Assembly: GCA_000708835.1 (NCBI GenBank)
Contig: DF236974.1
Location: forward strand, 301,208-365,207
From: Klebsormidium nitens
Taxonomy: Eukaryota; Plantae; Klebsormidiophyceae
Length of the DNA stretch: 64,000 bases
Direction: 5' to 3'
In this document: positions 51,648 to 61,946 of the stretch, piece by piece
How positions within the stretch are numbered: position 1 is the first letter of the stretch
Layout: every line of letters starts with the position of its first letter
Position numbers and translations under genes: made by a program
The notes under the pieces: generated by a model
What the model was told of the DNA's origin: nothing
Databases searched by the model: none
Seen by the model: only the letters and a program-made list of their open reading frames with translations

Positions 51648-52100
51648 ATGTGTTTGAAGAAACAAAGCTCTGTATATGAGAATGACATCAACCATCTCGA
51701 GAAGATGGATCTCGGCACTGACTTCAGCATCATACGCCTTGTGCACTGTAGCATGTGTGACAAGAAGCACCGAGTTGTTCAAAACGCATTGCTTCCAACC
51801 GAGTCGGAGATTCCTCTATCATCAGAGGGCGTGCCGAGGTGCAAATCATGCCCAGAAGCGCTACAATTGAGAAGGCAAGATTTCTACAGATGCAACAGAT
51901 AGCGTTTGCTTGAGCAGAAGAAAGTATGGTATCGAAAACGAAAGCAAGTGCTCCTGCTTCAAGACGCTGCAAAGCGCCTGCGAACCGGGAGAACTCAAAA
52001 ACCTCATGCGAGCACTATCTCAAAGCTAAAGAACGCAGGCGTTGAGTTCGACTTTTACAATAGGATTGTATGCATGAAGGCCGCCACCTCGAATGCATAA
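51648..52100 (+). pseudogene. CxxC...CxxC zinc-ribbon plus basic-helix protein with in-frame TAG at 51900-51902
   Basis: ORFs 51600..51902 and 51906..52100 share a frame: CSMC...CKSC...YRCNR*RLLEQKKVWYRKRK. Confidence 0.55.
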
Positions 52101-52215
52101 GACAAGATAAGCTTTCGAAGCCTTATCTAAGCCAAATCCTCAAACATAAGTGACAACGTTCTAAGGTTCGGACAAGCTGTGTACAAGATCCTGCAGACCA
52201 AACTTATCGGGTCAC

Positions 52216-55200
52216 CTACTCTGCTTCATAATGACTTTCAATGGCGACGAACACCTGTGGCCTCTTACCAAAGTCGTCTATAGATTCCCGTTTCTTCTTT
52301 ATGAAACCCTTCTTTGCCATCCTATCAGCTAAGCTTTCAACGCTAATTGTGAGCTCTCCTGAGGCTGCTTTATAATCGTTGAGAAACCCCGCAGCGTTGC
52401 CTCTGAGCGCTGGACCCCTCTTGCAGTGTTCGTCAATGAACTGCTGCAGCTTGTCGTTCTTTGCGAGATACTGGTCCAAGTTCACCGCGACAGAGGGAGG
52501 AACAACCCCAAGCGACATCCCCTGACCGGAGAACTTTACGGCCCCTCTGACCAACCAGGAGAGAAGCTGCTCAAGCGTCTCCTCCTCTTGCATCCTTGCC
52601 TTCAACCCTCCATCCAAAGGGCGGTGCCGAGAGTTGTTCGAGTCAAACTTTTCCCGACTTACGTAGAGGTTGGGAAAGTCAAACACAAGCAGCCGACGGT
52701 TTATAGCTGGGTCGGTTACGTCTTGAAATTTAGGGGGGTGGTTTGTCATAAGGACAGGTAGGTTCATTAGGGGAAAGGTCTCCGTTTGGCCGTAAGGTGC
52801 ACGCGCAGAGATCAGCCCTCCCCCAGTTGTCGCTTTCACTGAAGCCGCATCGAGCTCTTCCTCTTCAGCAGTCTCATCAGTGATGCTCAGGCGAAGCCCT
52901 TTCGGTGCGTGCATGTGAGGAGTTGGAGCGCCCTTTGAAACTGGTCTCTGCCCGGCCGTTTTCACCACCACGTCCTTGGACATAACACCGCAGTATGGGC
53001 CAAAAGTCTTCTCCAGCATCTCTTTTGTGACGCCCTTTCCATTGCCTGCACGAACAGTAGAGGAGTCCTATGAGCATTTTGCAGAATCCAACCGTACCTA
53101 AGCTGAACCAGAGCCCGGAGGTGGGAGCTTCCAAAAAGATCCACCTTCAATGGTATGGAAGACTTTCGGCTCTTGTGACCAGTGCCAAACCTTCATAGGA
53201 CCAACATGTCCAATCGAAGGGCAGAAAAATCATGTCCGACATGTCCGACCAGTAGCAAGACTTTTTGAAGCATCTGGACGGCAAGGGCTAGACTGAGCTC
53301 TCAGGACTTGAGTCCAACATGTGCGACAAGGAACAAGACTTTTCATGTGCGACATGTCCGATCAGAAGCAAGACTCTCTCTTCAAGAGCATCATCGTACG
53401 TTGAAACTGTTGTCCCAGTGACGCTTCGTACTCTAGACTATTTCTCTAGGATTGAAGCGGTGCTGACACACCAAGTCTGGAGGCAAAGAAAAAGCAGGGC
53501 ACCGTAGGCAGGCAACTCACCGCCCAATCCAACCAAGAACACGATCTTCTCGCAAGCAACGGACCCAGTGACGCCGTACCCAAGAACAAGCTGGAGAGTC
53601 CAAATGACTTCCTCGTCTCCGTTGAAGACATCGTTGAAGAAGTCGTCAATCCGAGGGGAGGGAAGATCGAGGCCCTGCGGTCGACTTGAATAGTGTTATT
53701 TCCTCTTAGATTGGAGAAGCGTGCCGTGCGCACGTCACTTGTGAACGAGTTCGCAGATGCAGGCATTTGGTCATGTCCGACATGTCCGACCAAAAGCAAG
53801 ACTTTTCTCGAGCGTCATGTCCGACATGTCCGACCAAAAGCAAGACTTTTCGACAGTAATCGACAAGGTTGGATCCAGGAGCACGCCGGAGATTTACCCG
53901 GTAATATGTGTTTGCAAGCTTGCTGCACATGTATTGGGGGCGATGGATGTCCAGCTTGCCAGTGCGCAAGTCGATTACTCCATTGTTGACGTTGAGGATG
54001 TTAGGATCGCTGTCGAGCTCGTTGAGAAAGGTGCTCGAAAACATCTCTCCTTTCGTAACCCTTAATGTGTCCTCTGCAGCGCGCCTGTTGTTGTAGTCAC
54101 GAAGTTGCCTAAGCCTCCGCTCAATTTCGGCTACCTTCCCCTTGTCAGTTGCGCGCTTCAACTCTTTTTGCAGATCGTTCCTGACTCGGTCTATCACCGT
54201 GCTCAACTGATGCATGAGGATGTATAGCACCTGGACGTCTAAAGCTTTCTCGTACACCTTTCCAGTCCAGATGAAGAAGCCTGCGGGAGTGTTCACAATC
54301 CTGGAAAAGAGAGCGTGAACGAATGATTCAGGATGATTTACAAAGGTCTTGAACGGTCATGTCCGAGATTAACGACCTGAATCAAGACTTTCTCAACTGA
54401 ACCTTTCATGTCCGAGATGTCCGACCAGAGTCGGGGGCTTTCTCAAGGGTTCTGAATGATACATGTCTGACATGTCCCACGAAGAACAGGGGCTTTTCAA
54501 AACGGCTTTACTCTAGCCCCCCTTGGCTTAAGCAGTCTCTGAATATTCAAGTCTTCAGGCATCCTCGAACATCCGATTCAGAAAAGCCATGCTCAAAAGC
54601 CACCTCTGCACGACCAATCGCACAAATATAACGGAGGAGTGGAAGCAGCTTGAGCAACTTTAGTCGTGTGCCTACCTTTTACAGAATGAGCACATGTATG
54701 AGAAGATCCGGCTGCCGCCCTTGTCTCCTTGAAACGCCCAGAAGTCCACGAGCTCCTTCGTAACACACCCGTAGATAGCTTCATCTCGATCAGCATCAAC
54801 CGGCTTGACAGAAGCTTCACCCTGGGCACAACTCAAGACGCCAATCTGCTTCCGTGGCCTGATGATGGTGCACTCTGGAGAGTTGCACACGTACTCGAGT
54901 CTGCTGCCCTTCACTTGGACGCAAAAGTTGTTTGACCCCTGATGTTGATGGCCATAAGGGCACGTACGTTCCCCTTGGACCCGAAAGACGTACAGGTTGC
55001 CCTTCCGCTTGTCAAAACGCGAAGTACTGTCGCCGCATGCCGCAAGGCAGCTTTTGATCTGCTGAAGCACTGCAGCATCTGGCTCTTCACCAAAGACCCC
55101 CGCAACATCGGTGGGCGGTTGGTGAGCGCTCACCCTCTTGCTCAACACAGCGATAGTCCTGCACCATGAAGGAACTTATTGTCAAACGTGCAATCATTGA

Positions 55201-56255
55201 GCTGATTTTACAAAATGGAGGAGAATTGGTCTGTATCCGTGCACCCAGAAGTAAGTCAAAGCGAGCTTGTTGATCTGAATCCTGACGGTCGGAAGAAGCC
55301 TAGGCGTTGATGTCATCTGTCTGCTGAGGAACGCTTCTCTTCACTGAAAGTACCGGTCAGTTTCAATTTTGAATGTTTAGAATTGGAGAAATGGCGATCA
55401 GTCAGCTAGGTTGATTCTGACCCAGGCTGTGAGGCAACTTCTTCCACATGCTGAAGGCTTAAAAACTCACCCTACAGCCGCATCACTCCGGTTGAGGATG
55501 TCAATCAACCAGTTCGTCATGGCCCTCAGGTTGCTACGATCCGCTGCAATCTCCTACTCCCACCGGTAAGCTCTCACTGTCTCTCCATCCCGCCCTATGT
55601 ACTTGCTGGGCGAAATGAAGCAGATGCCCCCATTGCCGCGCACATCGATCCCCACTTGGCACCCCCCACACGAAATCTTTTCCCTGTTGTTGCAGTTCAG
55701 CAACCCCGCTGCGCTCGACTCTGAAAGGCTGGAGAAGAGATGCAGACCGCCGTTGCCCGTCCTCTCTCTGGGAGTGTCTTTTGGCAGCGCACCATGGGCG
55801 GTGACCATTTCCTCAAATGCCTTCAAGCCGTTGTCTTTCATGTCAATGTCGAGAACGAGAACGTCCGACTGGCTGCCCGTGATGATTGCGAGGCACGGTG
55901 CTCCTGGGCGGACGAAGTCTGAAAGGCAGTTGTCGAGAGTGCAGCCCTTCCAGCCGGCGGAAAACTGGGGGAACTTCTTCTCTTTACCGTCCTTCATTTC
56001 GGTGTTGATGTGAAGCGTGACAGACGCTACACCCAAGTCGAACAGACGTTGCGCAGCAGCCAGACAGATGTCCGCAGGAGGCTGGCTAGGCAGGTTGCCA
56101 GTGACCTGCACAGAAGCAACACGGTTTTGAGCGAAGCATGAACATGTAGGCCTCATGCGACTGGCAAGGGGTGGACTTTTGGCGCCGGCATAGCTGCGCA
56201 GGATCTGTGTAAGGGCGCAGCAGAAGATCACCGAGTAACGCTTTAATGTGCTCAA
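52216..56255 (-). pseudogene. Primase-helicase B: Prim-Pol + Cys/His module + D5_N + D5/P4-type SF3 helicase; exons ~56255-55471, 55158-54676, 54300-53898, 53674-53521, 53045-52216; nonsense TAG at 55556-55554; 5' end uncertain
   Basis: VLDID...RTGNGGLHL...IDVRGNGG...SPS; LNVNNGVIDLRTG; spliced YYR|GLDLPSPRIDDFFNDVFNGDEEVIWTLQLVLGYGVTG; Walker A GLG(G)|NGKG rebuilt across an intron; ITDET; MTNHPPKF...RRLL; four phase-consistent GT-AG introns. Confidence 0.88.
53200..54490. repeat. Dispersed ~35-bp repeat CATGTCCGACATGTCCGACCA(A/G)AAGCAAGACTTTT confined to introns 2-4 of primase-helicase B
   Basis: Copies at ~53231, 53345, 53772, 53816, 54358, 54407 and 54462, none in exons. Confidence 0.85.
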
Positions 56256-56399
56256 CGAGCTTGATGGAGATTAGAGGTCCTTTCGGCTGTACATGGTTAA
56301 TCAGCAGCTTGTATGTTTGGTCTTGTTAATCGACGTACCTTGCATAACCAAGCGACGGCAACCAAGAGAGATTTCTGATTGCGAAGGCGTCAAAATGCA

Positions 56400-59338
56400 A
56401 AAGAAAAAGTCCTGTTGTAGGCCGGACATCTTGGACATGAGCATCTTCTGATCAGCTGCCGAAAGACCTTTACCGATTCAAGAGAGGAAGTAAAAGTGAC
56501 CTGGGAGGAAAGCCTCCGTCAGCTTAAAAACGCTTCAGCAAGATTGACAAGTTACAACTGCCCGCCCAGGCTGCGCCAAGTCTGCAGACGTTTGAATTTC
56601 GTTCACAACCTCGTCCTCAGTCTTGGCAGTGGCCACAGCCAGTTGGGCACGAGGCGTGCCTTGGACCTGCGAACACAAAGAGCGTCTTCGGATGAACAGG
56701 CAGTTACATTTGGAGAGTTTTCCTTCCACCGATTGGAAGGCTTCCATACGCTTCCTTCTGCCTGCCTGTTCTCAGTAGACCAGAGAGTTGCGAGCTTAAG
56801 AAGGGTCTCGCCGAAGACGTCAGATTGAAAAATTCACGTTTCAGGCCGGACATCCTGGACATGAACCTGTGTCGATCAGCGTCAGCGCAATCGGCGATAT
56901 ATCGAAGGAATTTAGCAGAAGACGTGAGAGGCACTCATTGCTTAACGGCACTCTGACCGTCAAACAGCTGCGCTCAAGGTCCTCCTCGAAAACATAAGAA
57001 GCTTTCACTTACGACAAGCTTGGGGTGCGTCGACATTGCAGGACATGTCCAAGCATCCTCCTCCCGCTGAAGGCCCACAGACATCTGAGGCCTCAAAGAG
57101 AAATCCTTTTCAACCGGGGCTGCCGCCTGACTGCACCTCAAATGCTGATCTTATTTTCAAAGACGTCAGATTGAAAAACTCGTGTTTCTAGGCCGGACAT
57201 CTTGGACATGAGCAACATAAAGATTGGCAAAAAGAAAAGTCATGTATTGAGTCAGACATCTCTGACATGGACCCTCCTCCCAAACAGTCCATGGGCACAG
57301 TGAGAGAGAACCTGAGAGTTGGAAGAGACTCGAAACTGACATTCTTTGGCTGCTTCAGCTGCTTCGTTATCGAGTTGCATTCAAGGGAAGGTTTACTTAC
57401 AGGAGACTTGATCTGTGCCACAACCGGAGAAGAAATTGCAACCTGAACTTGCTGTGTGCACGGAAGCTTGTGATCCTGCAATCAACAACAAAGGCGCCTC
57501 ATCAGAACGATTGGCCGTTGCGAGCGAAGATTGCAAGTGCTCCCAGGTCCACAAACAAGCAATTCAAATTCAGAAATGATACAATTGAAACATTCGGCGA
57601 GACTACCTCCAGAGCGACTTGAGATGGCGCCTGAAGGTGGTTGGAGAACTCTTCTCGCATTTTCCGTTGCCTTGCTTCAAACTCGCTGCGCAGAAGTGTT
57701 TGACGAGCAAGCGCATCAGGGATCAGAGAGACCTGCCAAGCAGAAAGAAGTCTGTCAGAACAATGAGTTGGAACTAAGCAAGTGGTCCAATGCGCTGTAT
57801 TGAATCTCTGTGATGGTCAGAAGCGATCGCGACAAACAAGCCTCCCCTCTCTGGAAAGAGGCCTGACCCCTGTGTATCCTTGAAATCTCAACAAGCTGAC
57901 CAAAGGGCTGTTGCATGCTCACCTGAGGCACTGTAAGCAGTGACGGCTGCAGAGGTGAAAGGACTGGACCACCCCCTTCCGCAGACTGGCCGGCTTCAGA
58001 GCTAGCAGTCCCACCGTTGGAAGAACTTGTGCTGTTGAGGAGGACTTTTTGCCGCTTAGCATGGCGCTGAAAACGGCCAGGCGAGAGCGACATGTCCCCC
58101 ACGTCTTGGCTCAGTTGTGCAAGGCTGCCGTCGTTGTGGTCTCCATTCAGGCCCGCCGACATCTCACCCTCTTCCCAAATGAGGGACTGCGACGAAGAAA
58201 TGCATCCATCCAGATCCGAGTCCTTGATGTGTTGGATAATTGACGCCTGATGCCATTTACAAGTGCAGAACGAAGCAGAAGCTACTTTGTCAAGCCCCTG
58301 ACCTGAGTATCAGCAGGTGCATGCTACCTGGGCCCCTCTTTTCAAGCAAGCTGACCTGGTCAATGACAACTCGTGCAACGACTCTCCCTGATCACTGCCA
58401 TCAGAGGACTTCTCGTCATACTCTGCGTTTTGAACGTCTTGTCCCTCCCCTTCGCTGGAGGTGGTGTCTGCATCAGACGACATCTGTTCACACAGTGAAA
58501 AGGAGATGCTTTTAGAGAGTGCAAACTGCAACCGAACTTGTCTGCTCATGACAAGTCCAAGCAGAAACACCCCCATGACTGAAACAACCCTTGACTCACA
58601 TCGTTTTTCCACTTGCGATCTTTCAATCTGCCGAGCACACCAAGAATGAACTACCATAAAAAGCCCTGAGGCTCAGTCTGAATCTCCAGATGACTTTTGC
58701 AGACTTATGTAACCTCCCTCACTCGAAACCGCTGAAAACACCACCACCAGCCAAGCAATATCTTACTTATGCGAAGTCGATTGGAGGCGGCGCACTTGCA
58801 GATTCCCAATCGGCCAGCGATCTAAGCCAAGAGTGCACCCTCCCTCAAGCGCTGCGCTCACCTCTTGCACCCTGTTGGCGCTCGGAGCAAGCCGCTTTTC
58901 AAAAAGCCCTTGGCAGGGATCAGGCAGTCAGCTCAAGCATCTGCCGGCGCTGCGCAGCTGGAAGATGTACGGTGTGCCCTGCTGGCACACTTTGGCAGTT
59001 GTCCGATTGAGACGCTGCTGTATGCAGGTTGCTTCTGAAGAGAGGAAAAGAGGATGCCGAGCTGGAAGATTTAGGAGAAGCTAATAGAAAGACAGTGCTG
59101 GGGGACTAAGAGAATGAAGGTGGCAGGTCTTCTTTCATACCTCTGGGCAACTGGCCTGGCAAAGAATGTGCGATTGAAGGCGGACAAGCTGGACATCAAT
59201 ACTAGGAGGGCTTCAGGCTCAGATGCGGTGGTTGTTTGCAGTTGAGCGATTCCTACATGCGGGTTCCGGGGCCGAGCTCTCTCTGAAGAGAGAATCTTAC
59301 TCCAGACGTCTGAGCGAGCTCCAACTCAGCTGTTGCAG
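56400..59338 (-). other. Degenerate, probably spliced sequence of unknown identity containing GGACATC(T/C)TGGACATG repeats
   Basis: Short low-complexity minus-strand ORFs (57755..58162, 58310..58657); repeats at ~56421, 56844, 57191; duplicated ~50-bp block 56817-56864 vs 57163-57211. Confidence 0.3.
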
Positions 59339-59690
59339 TAAGGCCCTCGTTACATTGGCGGCGGACGGCAGAACAATAAACAAATGCTCAAAAGGGTGGA
59401 ACTTGGCCGGAAGTGCCGAAAGTCTCCAAAACGTTGCAGTTCCGCCGTCCGGAAATGTAACGACACCGAGGCACAGCCGACGGCCCAACAATTCAGAATG
59501 CCACGGTGGCAGGCAAACCCCTAAACCCCTGTCCGCGAAAACCTTGAATCTGGCGCCAAATTGCCACCAGGGGTTTTCAAATGAGGGTCCAAACATCTGT
59601 ACCTCAAGAATGCCCCAAGGCAGTGGACGCTTCTTTCTGTGAGGAGCCAAAGTTGCTCTTAGAGGAGGAAGACTTGACTGGGGAGCTGAT

Positions 59691-61058
59691 ATGGCGTCCT
59701 CACAAGTAAGGCGAGTGCTGCTCATCACAATCCTGAAGGTGATCTTGCAGCTTATTCAGCTTTTGTCGGACAGTAGCATTGCGGCCGCTAGGAACCAGCT
59801 TTATGACGTTCCAGGAGGCCTGCTGCTGGTTGAGGGTTGTCTTTCACTGCCTCACCTCTTCAGAGGTGATAGGTCCGTGTGGAAGTACGATAGACAGACT
59901 GGCTTCTGTGATGTCTCCTTGTTGGCATCCTACAATGAGAAGATGTTCAAGAGCAGGATCCGATTGAGCAGGACACTCTTTTACAATATCTGCTCCCAGC
60001 TCGCTCCAGTCCTGGAGAAGTTGGGAACGCACCTGAACGCAGCAATTCCTCTTCACACTAAGGTTGCAGCAATTGTATACAAGTTAGCTCATGGGGTTAG
60101 TAATCCCGTGATCTCAGACTTGTTTGGGATTGGGACATGTACAGTCAGTGTGTTCCTGAGAGACTTTGTCAGAGCTGTCCTTCATATTCTCAAGCCTCAG
60201 TACATCAAGTGGCCCTCAACTCGAGCTGCACTTCAGAAGTTAGCAGAAGGTTTTGAGGGGCTTAGGGGTATTCCGCGGATTGTAGGGGCTATAGATGGCA
60301 GTCACATACCAATCATTGCTCCAAAGAGTTGGCCAGCAGATTACTACAATAGAAAGGGTTTCCACTCTATCCTGCTCCAGGGTATTGTGGACCATAACAG
60401 CTGCTTTTTCAACTATGACATAGGGTGGGCAGGCAGCCTTCACGATTACAATCTTTTCAAGCGGAGCAAAGCTTTTGATCGCTGTGAGGAGGGGTCGTTG
60501 CAAGGGTTTTCACTGGTGGGTGATGCTGCATACCAGCCAAGAACCTACATGCTGACCCCCTTCCTTGGCTGCAAAGAGGGTCTAAGCAGGGAGCGCTACT
60601 ACTGGAACTTCATCCAGAGCAGCACAAGGATGCCAGTGGAGTGTGCTTTTGGGGTGCTCAAGCTGCGTTGGGCTTGCCTTCTAAAGCGCCTGGACGTTGA
60701 CACCAACTTCGCACCCGACCTCGTTGCCTGCTGCCTTGTTTTGCACAACATGTGCCAGGTGCACAAGGACGAGGTGAACGAAGAGTGGTACAGGGAAGCT
60801 CAGGAGGTGCTTGGAGCAAACGCTCCTTTGTCTACTCCAGCGGACGTTGAGAATCAACAGCCACCTGCCAACAACACTAACCCGTCTGTACACGTCGAAG
60901 TTGAGGAGGACCCTGACGAAGATACACCACAAGAGATGCCAGCGTATAGATTGGGTGTTCAGTATAGGGCCACACTTTGCAGGCTACTGTACGATCAGGA
61001 GCGTTCTCGCAATGCTAGTTCTCTTGGCTTCGATGTAGATGAAAGCGAGGAAGCTTAG
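59691..61058 (+). CDS. Harbinger DDE transposase (DDE_Tnp_4/HARBI1-like), intact and intronless
   Basis: FKSRIRLSRTLF, GAIDGSHIPI, YYNRKGFHSILLQGIVD, GWAGSLHD, LVGDAAY, RMPVECAFGVLKLRW. Confidence 0.95.
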   Translation: MASSQVRRVLLITILKVILQLIQLLSDSSIAAARNQLYDVPGGLLLVEGCLSLPHLFRGDRSVWKYDRQTGFCDVSLLASYNEKMFKSRIRLSRTLFYNICSQLAPVLEKLGTHLNAAIPLHTKVAAIVYKLAHGVSNPVISDLFGIGTCTVSVFLRDFVRAVLHILKPQYIKWPSTRAALQKLAEGFEGLRGIPRIVGAIDGSHIPIIAPKSWPADYYNRKGFHSILLQGIVDHNSCFFNYDIGWAGSLHDYNLFKRSKAFDRCEEGSLQGFSLVGDAAYQPRTYMLTPFLGCKEGLSRERYYWNFIQSSTRMPVECAFGVLKLRWACLLKRLDVDTNFAPDLVACCLVLHNMCQVHKDEVNEEWYREAQEVLGANAPLSTPADVENQQPPANNTNPSVHVEVEEDPDEDTPQEMPAYRLGVQYRATLCRLLYDQERSRNASSLGFDVDESEEA

Positions 61059-61946
61059 GCGAGGCCCGGACAAATCTGCAATTGGGCTGCCAATGGACTG
61101 GACAATCTAATTGGACTTTGAGAGTGTACGTCATGCTTCGAGGAAGTAGATCTTCTTCATTGCAGCTTATGCATGCATCTTTGGGCTAAATTGCATCCAT
61201 TGCGTGCATCATACTTCGACCCCGGCCAGATCTATTGAACAGATCCCGTGCACTGAAATTGGATGACTGGCATGCATAGCGAGTTTGGGCTGCATATTGT
61301 GCAAATTCAAATAGTGCTGATCTCATTCATTGTTTCATTGTATTGCTCAAGAATTGTGTGCATGTACAAGGCTTTGGCCCGTTCTTCATTTGCTTATGAG
61401 AGTCGTGCACATTTGAAGTTTGCAGATCTGACTCACCCGGTCTTCTTTTGCTTCTCAAACGGTTATTGATATGTCACAACCTTCGCATCATACTTCGACC
61501 ACACCTTCTTTTGCATAAAGTAGTCACTGACTCGTGCACAATTGAAAGTTGCAGACCCTGGCCCGTTCTTATTTCGCTCGTCAATCGGTCATCTGCATGT
61601 TGCGTGATGGGGGCATGCACATCATCGAAAACAAGGCGGGCAATGATGTCTACGTTGCATCGATGCTCCAATCTGCCTTGCATATTTCAGTACATGCTTA
61701 TTACAGTACATGCGTGCCTTCTATACGGTGCTTCATTGAGTCTTTTATTCCTTCAAGCAATCTATAGAGCCGCTTGTGAAGTCGTTTTAAAGGACAATCT
61801 GCAACACAAATAGACCTCGCTTCAGGAGCAGCTACGTACGTGGTGAGTGGCAAAGGAACGAGCAATGTTTGAGAACAGTACAGCCCAATTAATGTTGACA
61901 AGAACTCGTCAACAATTCATACTTGTACAAGGTACAACATGTTCTC

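Larger units (their letters stand above)
46116..56255. mobile_element. Endogenous virus-/plasmid-like element (tyrosine recombinase + two primase-helicases + small ORFs); boundaries undefined
   Basis: Tightly packed, mostly intronless ORFs with phage/virophage-type replication and integration motifs, unlike the flanking intron-rich host genes. Confidence 0.7.

Noticed and set aside
46116-59338. Major capsid protein, packaging ATPase or PolB of a Polinton/PLV
   Set aside because: No ORF of suitable size or motif recognised; absence by eye is not proof, and such genes may lie outside the window
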